A DNA stretch of 53,911 nucleotides from a virus (taxonomy: Duplodnaviria > Caudoviricetes): positions 1 through 53,911 of IMG/VR virus record IMGVR_UViG_3300032272_000018, one strand, 5' to 3'. The notes beneath the pieces were generated by a model. The model was not told where the DNA came from and searched no databases. It saw only the letters and a program-made list of their open reading frames with translations. The stretch's first letter is position 1. Every line of letters starts with the position of its first letter. This document shows positions 15,038 through 25,992 of the stretch, piece after piece. The translations under genes were made by a program, and so were the position numbers.

Positions 15038-16272
15038 CAACCCTTCAACCAACAGGAGGGATCAACAACCGGTCAAAGGACATTAACATCCCCAAGGACG
15101 GACGAGGATCCCCTCTGTTTGTCCGCAATGCTGTTAATGTGAACATATCCCCTGAAGGGGTTTTCTCTTCAAGAGAAGGCATCGGACAGGTGTGGTTCGG
15201 GGCCGGTTGCCGGGATGGTTTCTCCTGCCCTGGAGGTTCGTTTTTTCGACAAGGGACTGTGATCATGAAGTTCAACGGTCCAAACGATGCCGAGGTTATA
15301 GCAGAGGGTGTAACAGGGACACAGGTTTCCTGGTTTTATGACCATGCCACCGGGAACATTTTCTTCTCTGATTCGTTAAATGCAAAAAAGATACTCCCCT
15401 CTTGGGTGGTTAGAAGATGGGGCATAGTGCCACCAGCAACGGCTCCGATACTCTCTGGAACCGGGCACCTCGGTGCTGGAACATATAGCTGCTGTTATAC
15501 TTATCTGGGAGAGGACGGCACAGAATCTGGCGCAAGTCCAGTACGGTCGGCCAGCGAAGGCAGACTTGTCTCAGGACTCTCCGACTCTCCGGATCGACAG
15601 GTGGTAGGGAAGAAGGTTTACCTCACTACACCGAACGGAAGCGAGTATTATTTTGCAGGGATGGCTCCGGTCGGGCAGTCGTCACTATTGGTTAACTTCG
15701 ATCATCGAAGCGGGGAACAGCTCCCGACCAAGGGTAAGACTTGCCCGCCTGCTGGTCACATCATAAGGCGTTTTGGGGCAAGAATGATGATTGCCGACAA
15801 GTCCAGGATATGGTTTTCTACTGCCTTTTCCAGCGACCTTATCTCGATTGGCGAGTTCACATCAGGAGATAACGAGATCAATTTCTGGCAGTTCCCCAAA
15901 GCCATATCAGTGATGGAGCCTGTCGAAGGTGGAATTTGGGTCGTGAGCGACCAGACTTATTTTGTATCAGGAAAAGATTTGACAAACTCATCTCCAATGG
16001 TTGTTGACCAAGAGACAGCCGTCTTTGGTACCTCCTATGTTGATGAAGGGAAAGCGTACTGGTTCGGGTCAAAAGGGGAGGTTGTGGCAGAGCCAGGAGG
16101 GGGAATAAGATACCCGCAGTACGATAATGTCGCCGCACCTATCTCTGAAACAGGGGCAACAGCTATCATGGTTAACGACGGTAATAAGAACAAAATAACA
16201 ATCTTGAATGACGGAACCGCCAACAAATTACAAGATAAAGATTGGGCTATCAAGAGACAAAACTATGAATAA
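15034..16272 (+). CDS. Tail nozzle/stabilisation-like virion protein
   Basis: Start re-called at MTTLQPTGGINN; RNAVNVNI...G...R and beta-propeller-like composition; synteny. Confidence 0.65.
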   Translation: MTTLQPTGGINNRSKDINIPKDGRGSPLFVRNAVNVNISPEGVFSSREGIGQVWFGAGCRDGFSCPGGSFFRQGTVIMKFNGPNDAEVIAEGVTGTQVSWFYDHATGNIFFSDSLNAKKILPSWVVRRWGIVPPATAPILSGTGHLGAGTYSCCYTYLGEDGTESGASPVRSASEGRLVSGLSDSPDRQVVGKKVYLTTPNGSEYYFAGMAPVGQSSLLVNFDHRSGEQLPTKGKTCPPAGHIIRRFGARMMIADKSRIWFSTAFSSDLISIGEFTSGDNEINFWQFPKAISVMEPVEGGIWVVSDQTYFVSGKDLTNSSPMVVDQETAVFGTSYVDEGKAYWFGSKGEVVAEPGGGIRYPQYDNVAAPISETGATAIMVNDGNKNKITILNDGTANKLQDKDWAIKRQNYE

Positions 16273-16762
16273 CATGCCAATTCCCCCAGTTGTATATACC
16301 CTTCAGTGCTTTGGTAGAGACGGGAAGATTAAATGGACAGACAAGCTTAGTAATCTAACGCCTTACGCAGCTAGGGATTATTGGATGGCTGCAAGTCTTG
16401 TTGGCGGGACTCAACATTCAAGCTTCTATGTAAACGCTTTTCAAAATGTGGTTAATCCAACATACGATGACGTGGCTACGGACATCACCTCTTATGGAGA
16501 GATCACTGACTGGGTAGAAACTGACCGCCAGCTTTTCGTCCCCGGATCGTTAACAGGGGGGCAATACACAAACTCCCTCAACGAGATAGTATATACAGCT
16601 GCGGCGGCAGTGACTGTTATGGGAGTTTTCATGACAACAACATCGCTATTCGGGTCAACAACCGGGCTATTGTTTTCTGTAGTAAGGGGCGCATCTCCAC
16701 GAGAACTAATTGCGGGAGAGACATTGCGCATCCCCATAACAATCTCAGGTATCACTTCATGA
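16265..16762 (+). CDS. Virion tail-associated protein
   Basis: Start re-called at MNNMPIPP; G..KW.D...NL.P pattern; beta-rich. Confidence 0.6.
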   Translation: MNNMPIPPVVYTLQCFGRDGKIKWTDKLSNLTPYAARDYWMAASLVGGTQHSSFYVNAFQNVVNPTYDDVATDITSYGEITDWVETDRQLFVPGSLTGGQYTNSLNEIVYTAAAAVTVMGVFMTTTSLFGSTTGLLFSVVRGASPRELIAGETLRIPITISGITS

Positions 16763-17562
16763 TATCAAATATTTTCAGCACTGTTGCCAACACGACATCG
16801 CTTGCATGGTTACTCACTACAGGGGCGTTCACGAGACCTGTGTCATGGGAAGTGCTTATGCACTCAGGAGACCCTGGACAGGAGGGGGCAGATAACGAAA
16901 TTGTTGCCGGTGACGACCCCGACTATGCGAGACAATCTATAACATTCGGTGCAGCTAATACAGTTGGCAGCGAAGTAAGGGTTATTAATAATATCGCTGT
17001 TGCATGGACTCCGGGTACCGGTGCAAGCTACCTTGTTACTCACCTGTCCGTGAGAGATGCAGACAACGACGAGTGCTTAGTAGTATTGCCACTATCTTAC
17101 CCTGAAACAATGACAGCCGGAGTGCAGAAGCAGTACGACTCAGGGTCGTTATCAATTACGTTGGTAGGCTTCTCTTCTTATGCTGGCGAGCAAATTCTTA
17201 ACCTGCTGTTCGGTACAGAGGCAGTGTCTAGACCGGCAGAATTGTGGGCTTCACTCCATACAGCAAGTCCAGGTATAAATGGCGCGAACGAGCTTACGGT
17301 CGGGATAGATCCTAGTTACGTAAGAAAAAGTATAGTTTACGACGCTCCGTCTTTTGTGCAGAACGGCGGGGTAGCAGCATTGTCTCCGACAGTTCTATCG
17401 TGGACGGCTGGAGCAGATTACGATGTGGTAGGGTTGGGAGTTTTTGACGCATCGGCACCGGGAGGAGGAAACTCTTTGTTCTCGGCAGACCTGCAAACTG
17501 TTTTAAATATGGTTAATGGATCTCCTAATGTTGGGATTCTTAATCCTGTCTATTTAATATAA
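16759..17562 (+). CDS. Tail protein with two tandem homologous domains
   Basis: Internal repeat: RP.SW...HSGDPG..GA.NE...DPDYARQSI versus RPAELW..LHTASPG..GANE...DPSYVRKSI. Confidence 0.65.
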   Translation: MISNIFSTVANTTSLAWLLTTGAFTRPVSWEVLMHSGDPGQEGADNEIVAGDDPDYARQSITFGAANTVGSEVRVINNIAVAWTPGTGASYLVTHLSVRDADNDECLVVLPLSYPETMTAGVQKQYDSGSLSITLVGFSSYAGEQILNLLFGTEAVSRPAELWASLHTASPGINGANELTVGIDPSYVRKSIVYDAPSFVQNGGVAALSPTVLSWTAGADYDVVGLGVFDASAPGGGNSLFSADLQTVLNMVNGSPNVGILNPVYLI

Positions 17563-17576
17563 AGATAAGGTATAAA

Positions 17577-18038
17577 ATGAAAACGGGAATGCCGGCAAGG
17601 AACTTCATTCTTGATGCTCTAGCAGGGCAAATGGAAGCTCAAAATTATGGATTGTTCTTTTACGATAACACATCACCGATCCCAGCCACTCCCGGTGACG
17701 GGGTAGGAAGCTCGGTTCTATTGTGCAAGATGACCAACAACGGGCAGCCAGGAGTTGGGCTGTCATGGGAAGCGGCCTCGTCTGCTATCCTGTCAAAAAC
17801 TGTGGCAGAGGTATGGAAAGGTGCTGTTATTGCCAATGGCACTGTAGCCTTCGCGAGATTGCAGCCGTTGACAGATACCGGGGCAGCCTCCTCTTCGATA
17901 ATAAGATTGCAGTTTACCGTAGGGCTGACGCTTGCAACAGCTGACATTGCATGTAACCCTGTGGTTTGGTCTACTACCGACGCTGACAAAACTATTGATG
18001 CTTCCTCGCTGATTATGCCAGAAAGTTATAACCTGTAA
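17577..18038 (+). CDS. Virion tail-associated protein
   Basis: RN..LD, P.T.G, L.K...E.W.G...GT..FARL pattern; synteny. Confidence 0.6.
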   Translation: MKTGMPARNFILDALAGQMEAQNYGLFFYDNTSPIPATPGDGVGSSVLLCKMTNNGQPGVGLSWEAASSAILSKTVAEVWKGAVIANGTVAFARLQPLTDTGAASSSIIRLQFTVGLTLATADIACNPVVWSTTDADKTIDASSLIMPESYNL

Positions 18039-18039
18039 T

Positions 18040-19332
18040 ATGACTATTACGCCTGCACTTATACCATTCCCGTCTTCTGACGTATCCAGTCTTGGGTGCT
18101 GGTTACTCTTTGGAGGAACAATCACAGGTGGCGGTCCCGATGAAAGGGTAGTATTTATCAACTTGCCACACGACGGAGGGATGGATGATAGATATTTCAA
18201 TAACGTTGTATTGACTGTCGATGAGGCTGGTGATTTTACAACCAGCACAGTCCTTGTTTCTGAGTATTACATAACCGACGATACATATATACCAGAATTA
18301 GCTTCGAGTTCAAGTCTTGCAGGCAGGAAGATTCTGCCAATACCTACTGACAGTATAAATTCCGGTTTCTACCTGATAGACGATACAAACTCGCCGCTTA
18401 CATTGCGTTTTGCGGATAGTACCTTTAGCTTCCTTTCCGGGACAGGCAAAGGGGCCAATGTGGTTATAAATCTGATAGGTGATGAAGGAGAAGAAGGAGG
18501 TGATGAAGGGGAAGAAGGAGGTGATGAAGGGGAAGAAGGAGGTGATGAAGGGGAAGAAGGTTTATTGGTGGTTGCATGGATAACCAACGGGGTATCCAGT
18601 CATGCCGGGTTACTATCCTACCCGAACGAAGATGGCGACTTGCAAGTTATTGATGCCTCAACCGGAACACTCCTGCCCGCAGGGTATACACTGTCTGAAT
18701 ATACCGATGCCGGGCAAGTTGGTACGCATAACGTTGTTTATTTCTCCAGGAGAAATACCGGATCAACAAATGAAATAGTCTTGCATCGCAGCGTGTGTAA
18801 CGCACTGTACACCGGCATAGAAGTTTATGGAGCATACACCCTCAATGAGCCAGATGGATACAATGTCGCGTTGTCGGGCGACCCTGAAGGGGTTGGTTTT
18901 TTTCTACAATATCATGTTGGTGGAGTTTTACGCACAGTGTACGGAGAGTTAGATGGAGCATCTGGCTTGGTACTGAGCGATACTTTTACTTACGGATCAT
19001 CCTCTGATGTAAAAAGCGGCCTTGTGTATATCCCAGGGGCAAGCAGGTTTGTGTCCATTGTCCCAAAGCCAGGATCAATAGATATCGTCCTCGGCACAGT
19101 TAGTAACTTTTCCATATCTTACGAACTTATAGACTCTATAGCTGTTAATTGTGTGGATCAGCCCAGCGTATCCATAGATGAATCTGGCAATGTAATTGTT
19201 GGTATATTTGGCGACGGCGGGACGACGTGTCCTGTAGCTGGAGCACCCTACATGTTTATCGTAGCGGTAGACACTACCCCTGTGGCAGACCTGTTCTGGA
19301 CCAACCACGTATTGCAATACGAAATAGGTTAG
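18040..19332 (+). CDS. Hypothetical virion protein with an acidic (GDEGEEG)4 insert
   Basis: 430-aa ORF, beta-rich. Confidence 0.65.
   Translation: MTITPALIPFPSSDVSSLGCWLLFGGTITGGGPDERVVFINLPHDGGMDDRYFNNVVLTVDEAGDFTTSTVLVSEYYITDDTYIPELASSSSLAGRKILPIPTDSINSGFYLIDDTNSPLTLRFADSTFSFLSGTGKGANVVINLIGDEGEEGGDEGEEGGDEGEEGGDEGEEGLLVVAWITNGVSSHAGLLSYPNEDGDLQVIDASTGTLLPAGYTLSEYTDAGQVGTHNVVYFSRRNTGSTNEIVLHRSVCNALYTGIEVYGAYTLNEPDGYNVALSGDPEGVGFFLQYHVGGVLRTVYGELDGASGLVLSDTFTYGSSSDVKSGLVYIPGASRFVSIVPKPGSIDIVLGTVSNFSISYELIDSIAVNCVDQPSVSIDESGNVIVGIFGDGGTTCPVAGAPYMFIVAVDTTPVADLFWTNHVLQYEIG
18478..18561 (+). repeat. In-frame 21-bp VNTR GGTGATGAAGGGGAAGAAGGA x4
   Basis: Directly visible. Confidence 0.95.
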
Positions 19333-19334
19333 AC

Positions 19335-21308
19335 ATGAACAAAGAGTTCCCAGTCAAGAGGCAGGACGGGCAACGATCCCTACTCAGAAGGTGGTTCGGG
19401 GAGAAGAAGTATAATTTTTATATTTCTGCCAAGATGGATATTGTCAAAAAGATAAAGTGGGAAGGATTTCTTTTTGACATCGACACGATGGTTGGCAACT
19501 CTATAACAGTCACCGCTCCAGAAGGAATGATTGTCACTTGCTCTACAGAGAGAGGGGTGTTCTGCGCTGAGTTCGACTACTGGAGAGGGGTGCTAACCAA
19601 GGACAATATCCCCATGAAGATTTCTGACCAAAGAATGCTCGAAGCATTGACAGAGGATACAGGTACCGGGCCTGACGGCAAGCTTACAATCATGCTGAAT
19701 GGCCCTGCCGAGGAAGATCTTTATGTGGCACTCCCCCAGTTCAATATCCTATCAACCGTCACTGCCAGACAAGGAAGCCTATATAACTTACTTCCAGGAC
19801 ACCCGTTAGGGAACCCATACTATTATATATTCCCTGACGACTGGCCCTCTCCGGCAGTATTCCCCACCACAGGAGAGGCTGGTTGGTACATGCACTCAGA
19901 GGTGAACCCTAAGCCATTTCCTGATGGCGACCCTGACAACGACCTGTATGACTACCTAACAACGCTTGAGGTTACAATAAATAGTTTTGTAGGGGACAAT
20001 TCAAAAGTAGGCGGAAGGAGAGGGGTGCTAGAACAGCTTGTAGACTCTGAAGACTATCGTCCTCCAGTGTTCATGCAGCCACTCCCTGTTAGATCGGGAT
20101 TCAGCGTAATGGTTCCTGTCACAGGGGGGTATTACCCATTTGACACAATTACATCCAGGAGGTATTACGCGACAAGGATGTTTTCTGAAAATGGGGTTGT
20201 TGACTACGAGAGGTACTATCTCGACGAGGCCGTGAGTGGGTTGGCCAGCACCACCATTAAGGACGATTTACTTTTTGGTAGCGACAGTTCGGCTAGACCA
20301 GGAGGCAGTTTCTTTTTCTGTCGAGAGGTCGAATCTATGCCGATTATAATACATTATATTTATTTCGCTGATAAAAAGTACGACGGGACAACAGGGACTC
20401 CAGGGAGAACGTGGTGGGAAGATAATCCTGGTGAGCAGATATACCGGTTCATGCTCCTGTATAATGATACATCAACCGGCATCGTTTCCCTTATAGACTC
20501 TGGACAGTTTATATCTCTGATGGAGTCGGCATCGCTTCACCCTGATCTATTTAGAATTTATGGAGATATAGATTACGAGTATGCTGAATTTGTGATATCA
20601 CAGTGGTTCGGAAGACCAAACCATAATTTCTCTGTCCCTCACGATGTTGTCATGTTCAATGACTCAGACAATGTTTATACATGGAATAGGCATTACCCTA
20701 ATGTGGTAATAAACGGTAGCGGGATAGCTCAAGCAGCAATGGTTATGCCGGTAGAGTCCGAAGTGGCAGGGGTAAGGCCAACTATCTATTATATCGGAAA
20801 AGACGCTGACGATGAAGAGCTGGATGTATTTTTCTGTTTCTGCGAGAAACTTGAAGAACCAAAGGAGATAATGGGGATTAGCAAAGGAAATCCATTCCTG
20901 CTGGCGGACCAATGGGTTTCCTTTGCTCTCCCAGAAGAAGGGCGGCTCATCTATATTAAAATAGTATCTCCTGAATTATTGATAGGAATCCTAGAGAAAG
21001 AGGTAGAGACAGAGCCTGATATTTTTGAACAAGTAAGGTTTATCTGTTATTATAACCTTGTCACATGGGAAGTAGGGTCTGCAATAAAATTTGATATATC
21101 AGATTCTTACGATTATTATACCGATCCTGGGCCGGGGTGGTATCCTACCGACCCTCCGCCAACCGAACCGTTCAGGGCAAGCTGGGACATATCGCTGTTT
21201 GGGAAAGGGCCTCACGTTGCAAGTATGATGCAGCAGCTGTCGCAACCGGCTGTGTTGCCAGCGATGCCGGTTGGACCTTACAGTGGATACCTGTCCGGGT
21301 TGCCATGA
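19335..21308 (+). CDS. Hypothetical virion protein
   Basis: Start re-called at MNKEFPV, directly after the upstream stop; ~657 aa. Confidence 0.65.
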   Translation: MNKEFPVKRQDGQRSLLRRWFGEKKYNFYISAKMDIVKKIKWEGFLFDIDTMVGNSITVTAPEGMIVTCSTERGVFCAEFDYWRGVLTKDNIPMKISDQRMLEALTEDTGTGPDGKLTIMLNGPAEEDLYVALPQFNILSTVTARQGSLYNLLPGHPLGNPYYYIFPDDWPSPAVFPTTGEAGWYMHSEVNPKPFPDGDPDNDLYDYLTTLEVTINSFVGDNSKVGGRRGVLEQLVDSEDYRPPVFMQPLPVRSGFSVMVPVTGGYYPFDTITSRRYYATRMFSENGVVDYERYYLDEAVSGLASTTIKDDLLFGSDSSARPGGSFFFCREVESMPIIIHYIYFADKKYDGTTGTPGRTWWEDNPGEQIYRFMLLYNDTSTGIVSLIDSGQFISLMESASLHPDLFRIYGDIDYEYAEFVISQWFGRPNHNFSVPHDVVMFNDSDNVYTWNRHYPNVVINGSGIAQAAMVMPVESEVAGVRPTIYYIGKDADDEELDVFFCFCEKLEEPKEIMGISKGNPFLLADQWVSFALPEEGRLIYIKIVSPELLIGILEKEVETEPDIFEQVRFICYYNLVTWEVGSAIKFDISDSYDYYTDPGPGWYPTDPPPTEPFRASWDISLFGKGPHVASMMQQLSQPAVLPAMPVGPYSGYLSGLP

Positions 21309-21330
21309 ATCAAAATAATAGGAATAAAAA

Positions 21331-23358
21331 ATGACAGGCAACCTCAACAAAGAAAGAACAACAACAGTAACCCCAGGCATAGCAGCAGTAGCTCCAACAA
21401 GAAGCATTGCGCCGATGCCTGGGTACACTTCTGTTGAAACAATCTCTTATAGTGTATGTACAAAGGTCGGAACAACAGTAGGGATAGACATCGGCTCCCC
21501 TAGGTATATTGATATATTTTCTACAGACACAGACGACGGGTCATTAAAAGTAAATCTCGATGCTAAGCGTGCCTGCGAATATCCAAATCTATGTGTTCAC
21601 GAGTTGGTCGATAACGAGCAGCCTTCAGGGTGCTCGTTCCCTTATATGCCAGTTACCGGCTTTGCAACAAGGAAGAAGTATCACCCTCCTTCACCAGCCA
21701 TACCCGGTCGAGAGGCCACAAGGGGATCACAGGCTCAAGTTGAAAGAAACAGGAACGCAGGGTGGGGAAATTCAAGATCAACGTCTATACAATCTGTATT
21801 GTCTGGGTATTATTTTCGTGGGCTGGTCCCGCATGGCATAAGGGGTGCTTTTTTTGGATTAGCGTCACAACAGGCTGGCGGGTACACATTATCAGAATAC
21901 AAACACGGGTTGATACTGTCCAAGGACGGGGTGGTTGTTTTTGAGAATGGGAAGGAGACATACAAGCTTGCTGACAGCTATGTTGCTGGAGACGAGGTGC
22001 GGATAAATGTCGTTAACGGGAACATACGATACGAGTTCATTGATCTGTTGGACGGTGTTTCATTTTACGAAACAATGTCTGGAATACCCCCCGATCAGGA
22101 GGGGAAGATATATGGAATATTGTATCAGTCAACGGACACAGTAACTGAAGCAAGTATAGAAGCACTTATAATTCCTATGCCAAGTATAGTCGATTCTGCT
22201 CAATCCTTCTATGCTTCACCTTCTCTAGTCGGACATGTAGAAGGAAGGCAGTCATTTATCTCAGAACCAGCACTGGTTCAGCGCGTTGCAGGGCAGCAAT
22301 CATTCCTCTCTGCCCCTTCCTTTAGCGCATCCAGCGCAGTGATGAGATCCACTATTCCGCCTATTCAGGGAAATAGCACTTATGATTCTTCTCTCATAAC
22401 CATGAAGGCTTCCATACCCATTGGAGGAGTTAGCACAGAAGCAATTTATACCCCTCTTCCACTTACGGAGATAGAGGGTGTTTTCCCGCCAATAAGTGCC
22501 TCTATGATTAATTCTTCTCTTAATTCGTGCAATATGCTGGCGGTATTGCCATCGTTACTGGGGAGCGTTGTACAGGATATAAGCAGTTGCAGCATGATAG
22601 CGACAGTGCCAACCATTAAAAGTCAAACTACCGAGTTATTCAAAGGGTTCTTCCCCGTGGACATACCGGTTAGCATTTCCGAACAAGTAACATCTTTGGC
22701 AGGGATAATGTTTCTAATGCAGGAGACGCTATCTATCAATGATGCTGTCACTCCGCTGGTGGAGATTATTTTCTCCATTAGCGAGTCGTTGCAAATGCAA
22801 GATGCTGTCAGTACCTCGATAGACCATATATTCAACATGTTCGAGAGTATAAGTATTAATGACAATATCTCGACGCTCATTGAGGGGCTACCAGAGTTGG
22901 GTGACGGTCCGGCATGGGTTATGGATATCGAGACAGGTGCCACTACTATTTATCTTGACTACGCCTTTAACTCTTTTTTCCATTACGATGGAAACTTGCA
23001 TGGCGTGTGCAATAGTGGAATTTACCAGCTACAGGGGGCAGCTTCCCCTGCGCCTGAGTCATATGTTGAATATGGTCAAGTTCGATTCAGAGAGAGAAGG
23101 TTGAACCGCATACCTTATTGGTATGCGGCGGTCGATGCTGCTGGAAAGCTATACCTAAAGGTGGAGGTTGATAACGGAATATGGTACTATAAGGCTGACA
23201 ATAATACTCACACTCCAGAAAATCAGCGGTTCCAGGCAGGGAGAGGGCTCTTGTCGTCATTTTACGGGGCAACGCTGATTGCCCCGGAAGGTGTGGCTAT
23301 CAAGGCACTAGAATCTTTACACTTTGACCCTGTAGCTACAGGAAGGAAGCGAGGATGA
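21331..23358 (+). CDS. Tail-associated virion protein
   Basis: 675 aa; C-terminal W.M...TGA.T.Y..Y.FNSF and R...GRGL...Y motifs; (S.SI.D) stalk repeats. Confidence 0.65.
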   Translation: MTGNLNKERTTTVTPGIAAVAPTRSIAPMPGYTSVETISYSVCTKVGTTVGIDIGSPRYIDIFSTDTDDGSLKVNLDAKRACEYPNLCVHELVDNEQPSGCSFPYMPVTGFATRKKYHPPSPAIPGREATRGSQAQVERNRNAGWGNSRSTSIQSVLSGYYFRGLVPHGIRGAFFGLASQQAGGYTLSEYKHGLILSKDGVVVFENGKETYKLADSYVAGDEVRINVVNGNIRYEFIDLLDGVSFYETMSGIPPDQEGKIYGILYQSTDTVTEASIEALIIPMPSIVDSAQSFYASPSLVGHVEGRQSFISEPALVQRVAGQQSFLSAPSFSASSAVMRSTIPPIQGNSTYDSSLITMKASIPIGGVSTEAIYTPLPLTEIEGVFPPISASMINSSLNSCNMLAVLPSLLGSVVQDISSCSMIATVPTIKSQTTELFKGFFPVDIPVSISEQVTSLAGIMFLMQETLSINDAVTPLVEIIFSISESLQMQDAVSTSIDHIFNMFESISINDNISTLIEGLPELGDGPAWVMDIETGATTIYLDYAFNSFFHYDGNLHGVCNSGIYQLQGAASPAPESYVEYGQVRFRERRLNRIPYWYAAVDAAGKLYLKVEVDNGIWYYKADNNTHTPENQRFQAGRGLLSSFYGATLIAPEGVAIKALESLHFDPVATGRKRG

Positions 23359-24359
23359 TATTCACCACAATAGGTAACAACTGCGATGCTGGCGCACTAG
23401 AACCGGCAGCCTACATAGATTGTGTGTTGAATAAAATGCTAAATTTTGCTTACAGCATATCAAATTCATCAATAGATCTAGCAAGATCGGCTGTTAGCGA
23501 GGTGGAGGGGGCTGACTGGAGCATCAACAGGCAAGAAGATCCGTTTGCCATGACCGCTGAAGAGCCAGACATCCCGGAAATAGACAATGCTGTCTCTGTG
23601 TACGAAGAGCAGCGCGACTACCTCATCCCATTGTTTGAAGATTTATATAACAAGTTTATTACTTCTGACAACAATATTGTTTTCAACCCGGCCAGAGATG
23701 CTGCTGGAGAGTGGCTGGAAAGAGTTATACTTAACGGAGATGCGTCAATACCTGCTGCCTTAGAGAACCAGATATGGGGTAATGAGCGAGACCGCCAACT
23801 TATATCGGCTGCGAGTGCCAGAAACACAACACTTAACAATGTTGCCGCCAAGGGTTGGATCCTTCCGCCCGGAAGCCTGCTTGCAGTCACTGGCAACATA
23901 GACTCAGCCGCCTTGCGATCTATTGGGGACGCATCTGTTGCTGTAGCCACCAAGAGGTTCGACACTCAGATTGAATCAACAAGATTTGCAGTTGAACAGG
24001 CGTTGAAGGTGTACGGGGATGTCCTGTCAGCAGGGACAGGGTATCTTAACGCATTAATTGACGCACTGAAAGCATCTCTTGATGTGGCAGAAGTTGACCC
24101 AAATGTCCACGCGAACCTTGTCAACGCCTATTCAAATTTGTACGGCAAGAGAATACAGAAGGATACAGTGATGTCCGACTCGTTATCTCAATTTTACGAC
24201 CGCTTGTGGAAGGATGGAGAGCTGAGGAATGATACTGAATTAAGAAAGCTCGGCCTCAATGTTGATGCCAGGAAGTTTGCTGGTGATGTTGGAGCAAGAT
24301 TAGGAATGGCCGGTTTATCTCAGTTTAGTGGCATATTGTCACAAACAGTGGCTGGGTAG
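23355..24359 (+). CDS. Virion protein (helical)
   Basis: ATGA-coupled; ENQIW..ERDR...AAKGW.LPPG motif. Confidence 0.6.
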   Translation: MIFTTIGNNCDAGALEPAAYIDCVLNKMLNFAYSISNSSIDLARSAVSEVEGADWSINRQEDPFAMTAEEPDIPEIDNAVSVYEEQRDYLIPLFEDLYNKFITSDNNIVFNPARDAAGEWLERVILNGDASIPAALENQIWGNERDRQLISAASARNTTLNNVAAKGWILPPGSLLAVTGNIDSAALRSIGDASVAVATKRFDTQIESTRFAVEQALKVYGDVLSAGTGYLNALIDALKASLDVAEVDPNVHANLVNAYSNLYGKRIQKDTVMSDSLSQFYDRLWKDGELRNDTELRKLGLNVDARKFAGDVGARLGMAGLSQFSGILSQTVAG

Positions 24360-24408
24360 AAATCTAAAATAAAGTAACAGTAGACTGCCAATACAGGAGT
24401 AGTTTGAT

Positions 24409-25857
24409 ATGGGTTTATACAATAATGAAGAAGAGCTGAAGCGCAGGAAGGGTAGAGGGGAATCTCTTATAAATAGAGCCGCGACAACCTCTATTCCAGG
24501 CAGGATAGCTACCGCAGGGAGAAGTGTTTTAGACTTTGCAAGGCAGGGGGTTACTGACGCTTCTCAAAAAAAAACATTAGCCGGGAAAGTTGGTAGCCTT
24601 GCGAGGACAGCGGTGACCCTACCTGTTGCAGCAGCGGCTCCTATGGCTGGGGAAATAGCCAGGGACGCGTCCAGCGTTTACCGTGGAGTAAAAGATTTTG
24701 GACGTGCTTTCGCCGGAATTGAGCAACCGTCTACAGCCCTTCCTAGATCAGCCGCAAGGGTAGCTGCTCCAACCACAACTACGGATGCCAGGGTTCCCCC
24801 GAGCACAGCGTCAATGGCAGCTGACACTGCACCAGTTACCCCGTCCCCCATATCCAGGGTATCACCGGTTAGAGTTCCAGGGTCTGGCAGTATAACCACC
24901 TCTTCTGGCGGGGCCGCAAGGATTGACCCTGATACTGGGGAAATTACTGTGACCGGGAATCCATTGAGAGCTGATTCAACAAGATTGCCTACAAACGCTC
25001 AGGAACCGGAAAAGCGGCGGGCTGCCAGGATGGTGACTTACGGCGGGTACAGGCTCCCCGATCGGACTGAAGAAGCTCAGTCCCCAGCAAGGGTAAGAGT
25101 TTCAGATATTGCCGAACCAAAGACTGTCGGAGCTATCCCAGGGTACCGCCGCAGAGTTGAGGCAGTCAAGGCTGATATGTCCGCAGACCAGACCGATGCG
25201 CAGCGCGCGCAGCAGCAAGGTCAGTTTGAGCAGGGGCAGTCCCAAGCTGCGGCTATCGCCATGCAGAGACAAGCTCAACAGCAAGATCAGTTCGAGCAGG
25301 ACAAGGCATTGGACGAGCGAAGGATCGCCGGAACAGAGCAACAGCAGCAGCTCGCGGCGGATCAGCAAGAAGCTAAACTTGCGGCTGAACAGCGTAGGGA
25401 GGGCCGGACAGTAGCGAAAGAGAAAGAGATCTCTGCGGCCAGGGCCAAGTTTGAGGCTGCGGACACCACGGCTGAAAAGGTTGCGGCGGCGCAGATGCTC
25501 AACTCTTTGCAAGGTATGAAAATTGATACTCCGACAAAAGGAAAGCCTCCAGGGCTTACGCCAAAGGAGACCTCTCAGCAAATACAGGGGGCGTTGAAGG
25601 CTTTCGAGAGTGCCGGTGGGGAAGCGGCTGCCGGAACTGACTTCTACACATGGATGAGGCAAAACGATACAAGAGGGTATCAGGCTGCTTTCGGCAATTT
25701 GACCCCGAAGGATATTCGTGTTAATGCGATGATTAACGAATTGACAGATGAGCAGCTTATGTCAAGCGACATGGCCGGTGTTATGAACCCCGGCGAAACC
25801 CCTGCTCAATTCAGACGGAGGCTTGATGCTGAGTATCGAAGCAAGAGAGGATACTGA
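24409..25857 (+). CDS. Putative internal virion/DNA ejection protein
   Basis: 482 aa rich in Ala/Gln/Pro with coiled coil; AGGAG RBS; position before the giant protein. Confidence 0.6.
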   Translation: MGLYNNEEELKRRKGRGESLINRAATTSIPGRIATAGRSVLDFARQGVTDASQKKTLAGKVGSLARTAVTLPVAAAAPMAGEIARDASSVYRGVKDFGRAFAGIEQPSTALPRSAARVAAPTTTTDARVPPSTASMAADTAPVTPSPISRVSPVRVPGSGSITTSSGGAARIDPDTGEITVTGNPLRADSTRLPTNAQEPEKRRAARMVTYGGYRLPDRTEEAQSPARVRVSDIAEPKTVGAIPGYRRRVEAVKADMSADQTDAQRAQQQGQFEQGQSQAAAIAMQRQAQQQDQFEQDKALDERRIAGTEQQQQLAADQQEAKLAAEQRREGRTVAKEKEISAARAKFEAADTTAEKVAAAQMLNSLQGMKIDTPTKGKPPGLTPKETSQQIQGALKAFESAGGEAAAGTDFYTWMRQNDTRGYQAAFGNLTPKDIRVNAMINELTDEQLMSSDMAGVMNPGETPAQFRRRLDAEYRSKRGY

Positions 25858-25863
25858 TTGTGA

Positions 25864-25892
25864 TTGACCGGGAGTGGTTTTCATGATAAGTT
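25864..25892 (+). promoter_or_regulatory. Putative internal sigma70 promoter
   Basis: TTGACC-17bp-TAAGTT with a TG extension, followed by a nested stem-loop leader. Confidence 0.4.
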
Positions 25893-25992
25893 GAAGACGG
25901 AGCGGAAAAGCCGGGTACTCGGTGGCTTTTACTCACAGCCTCCGCTCTATTTTTTCTAATAAAGTGAGTTATAATTCAATGGAGATTGAAAA

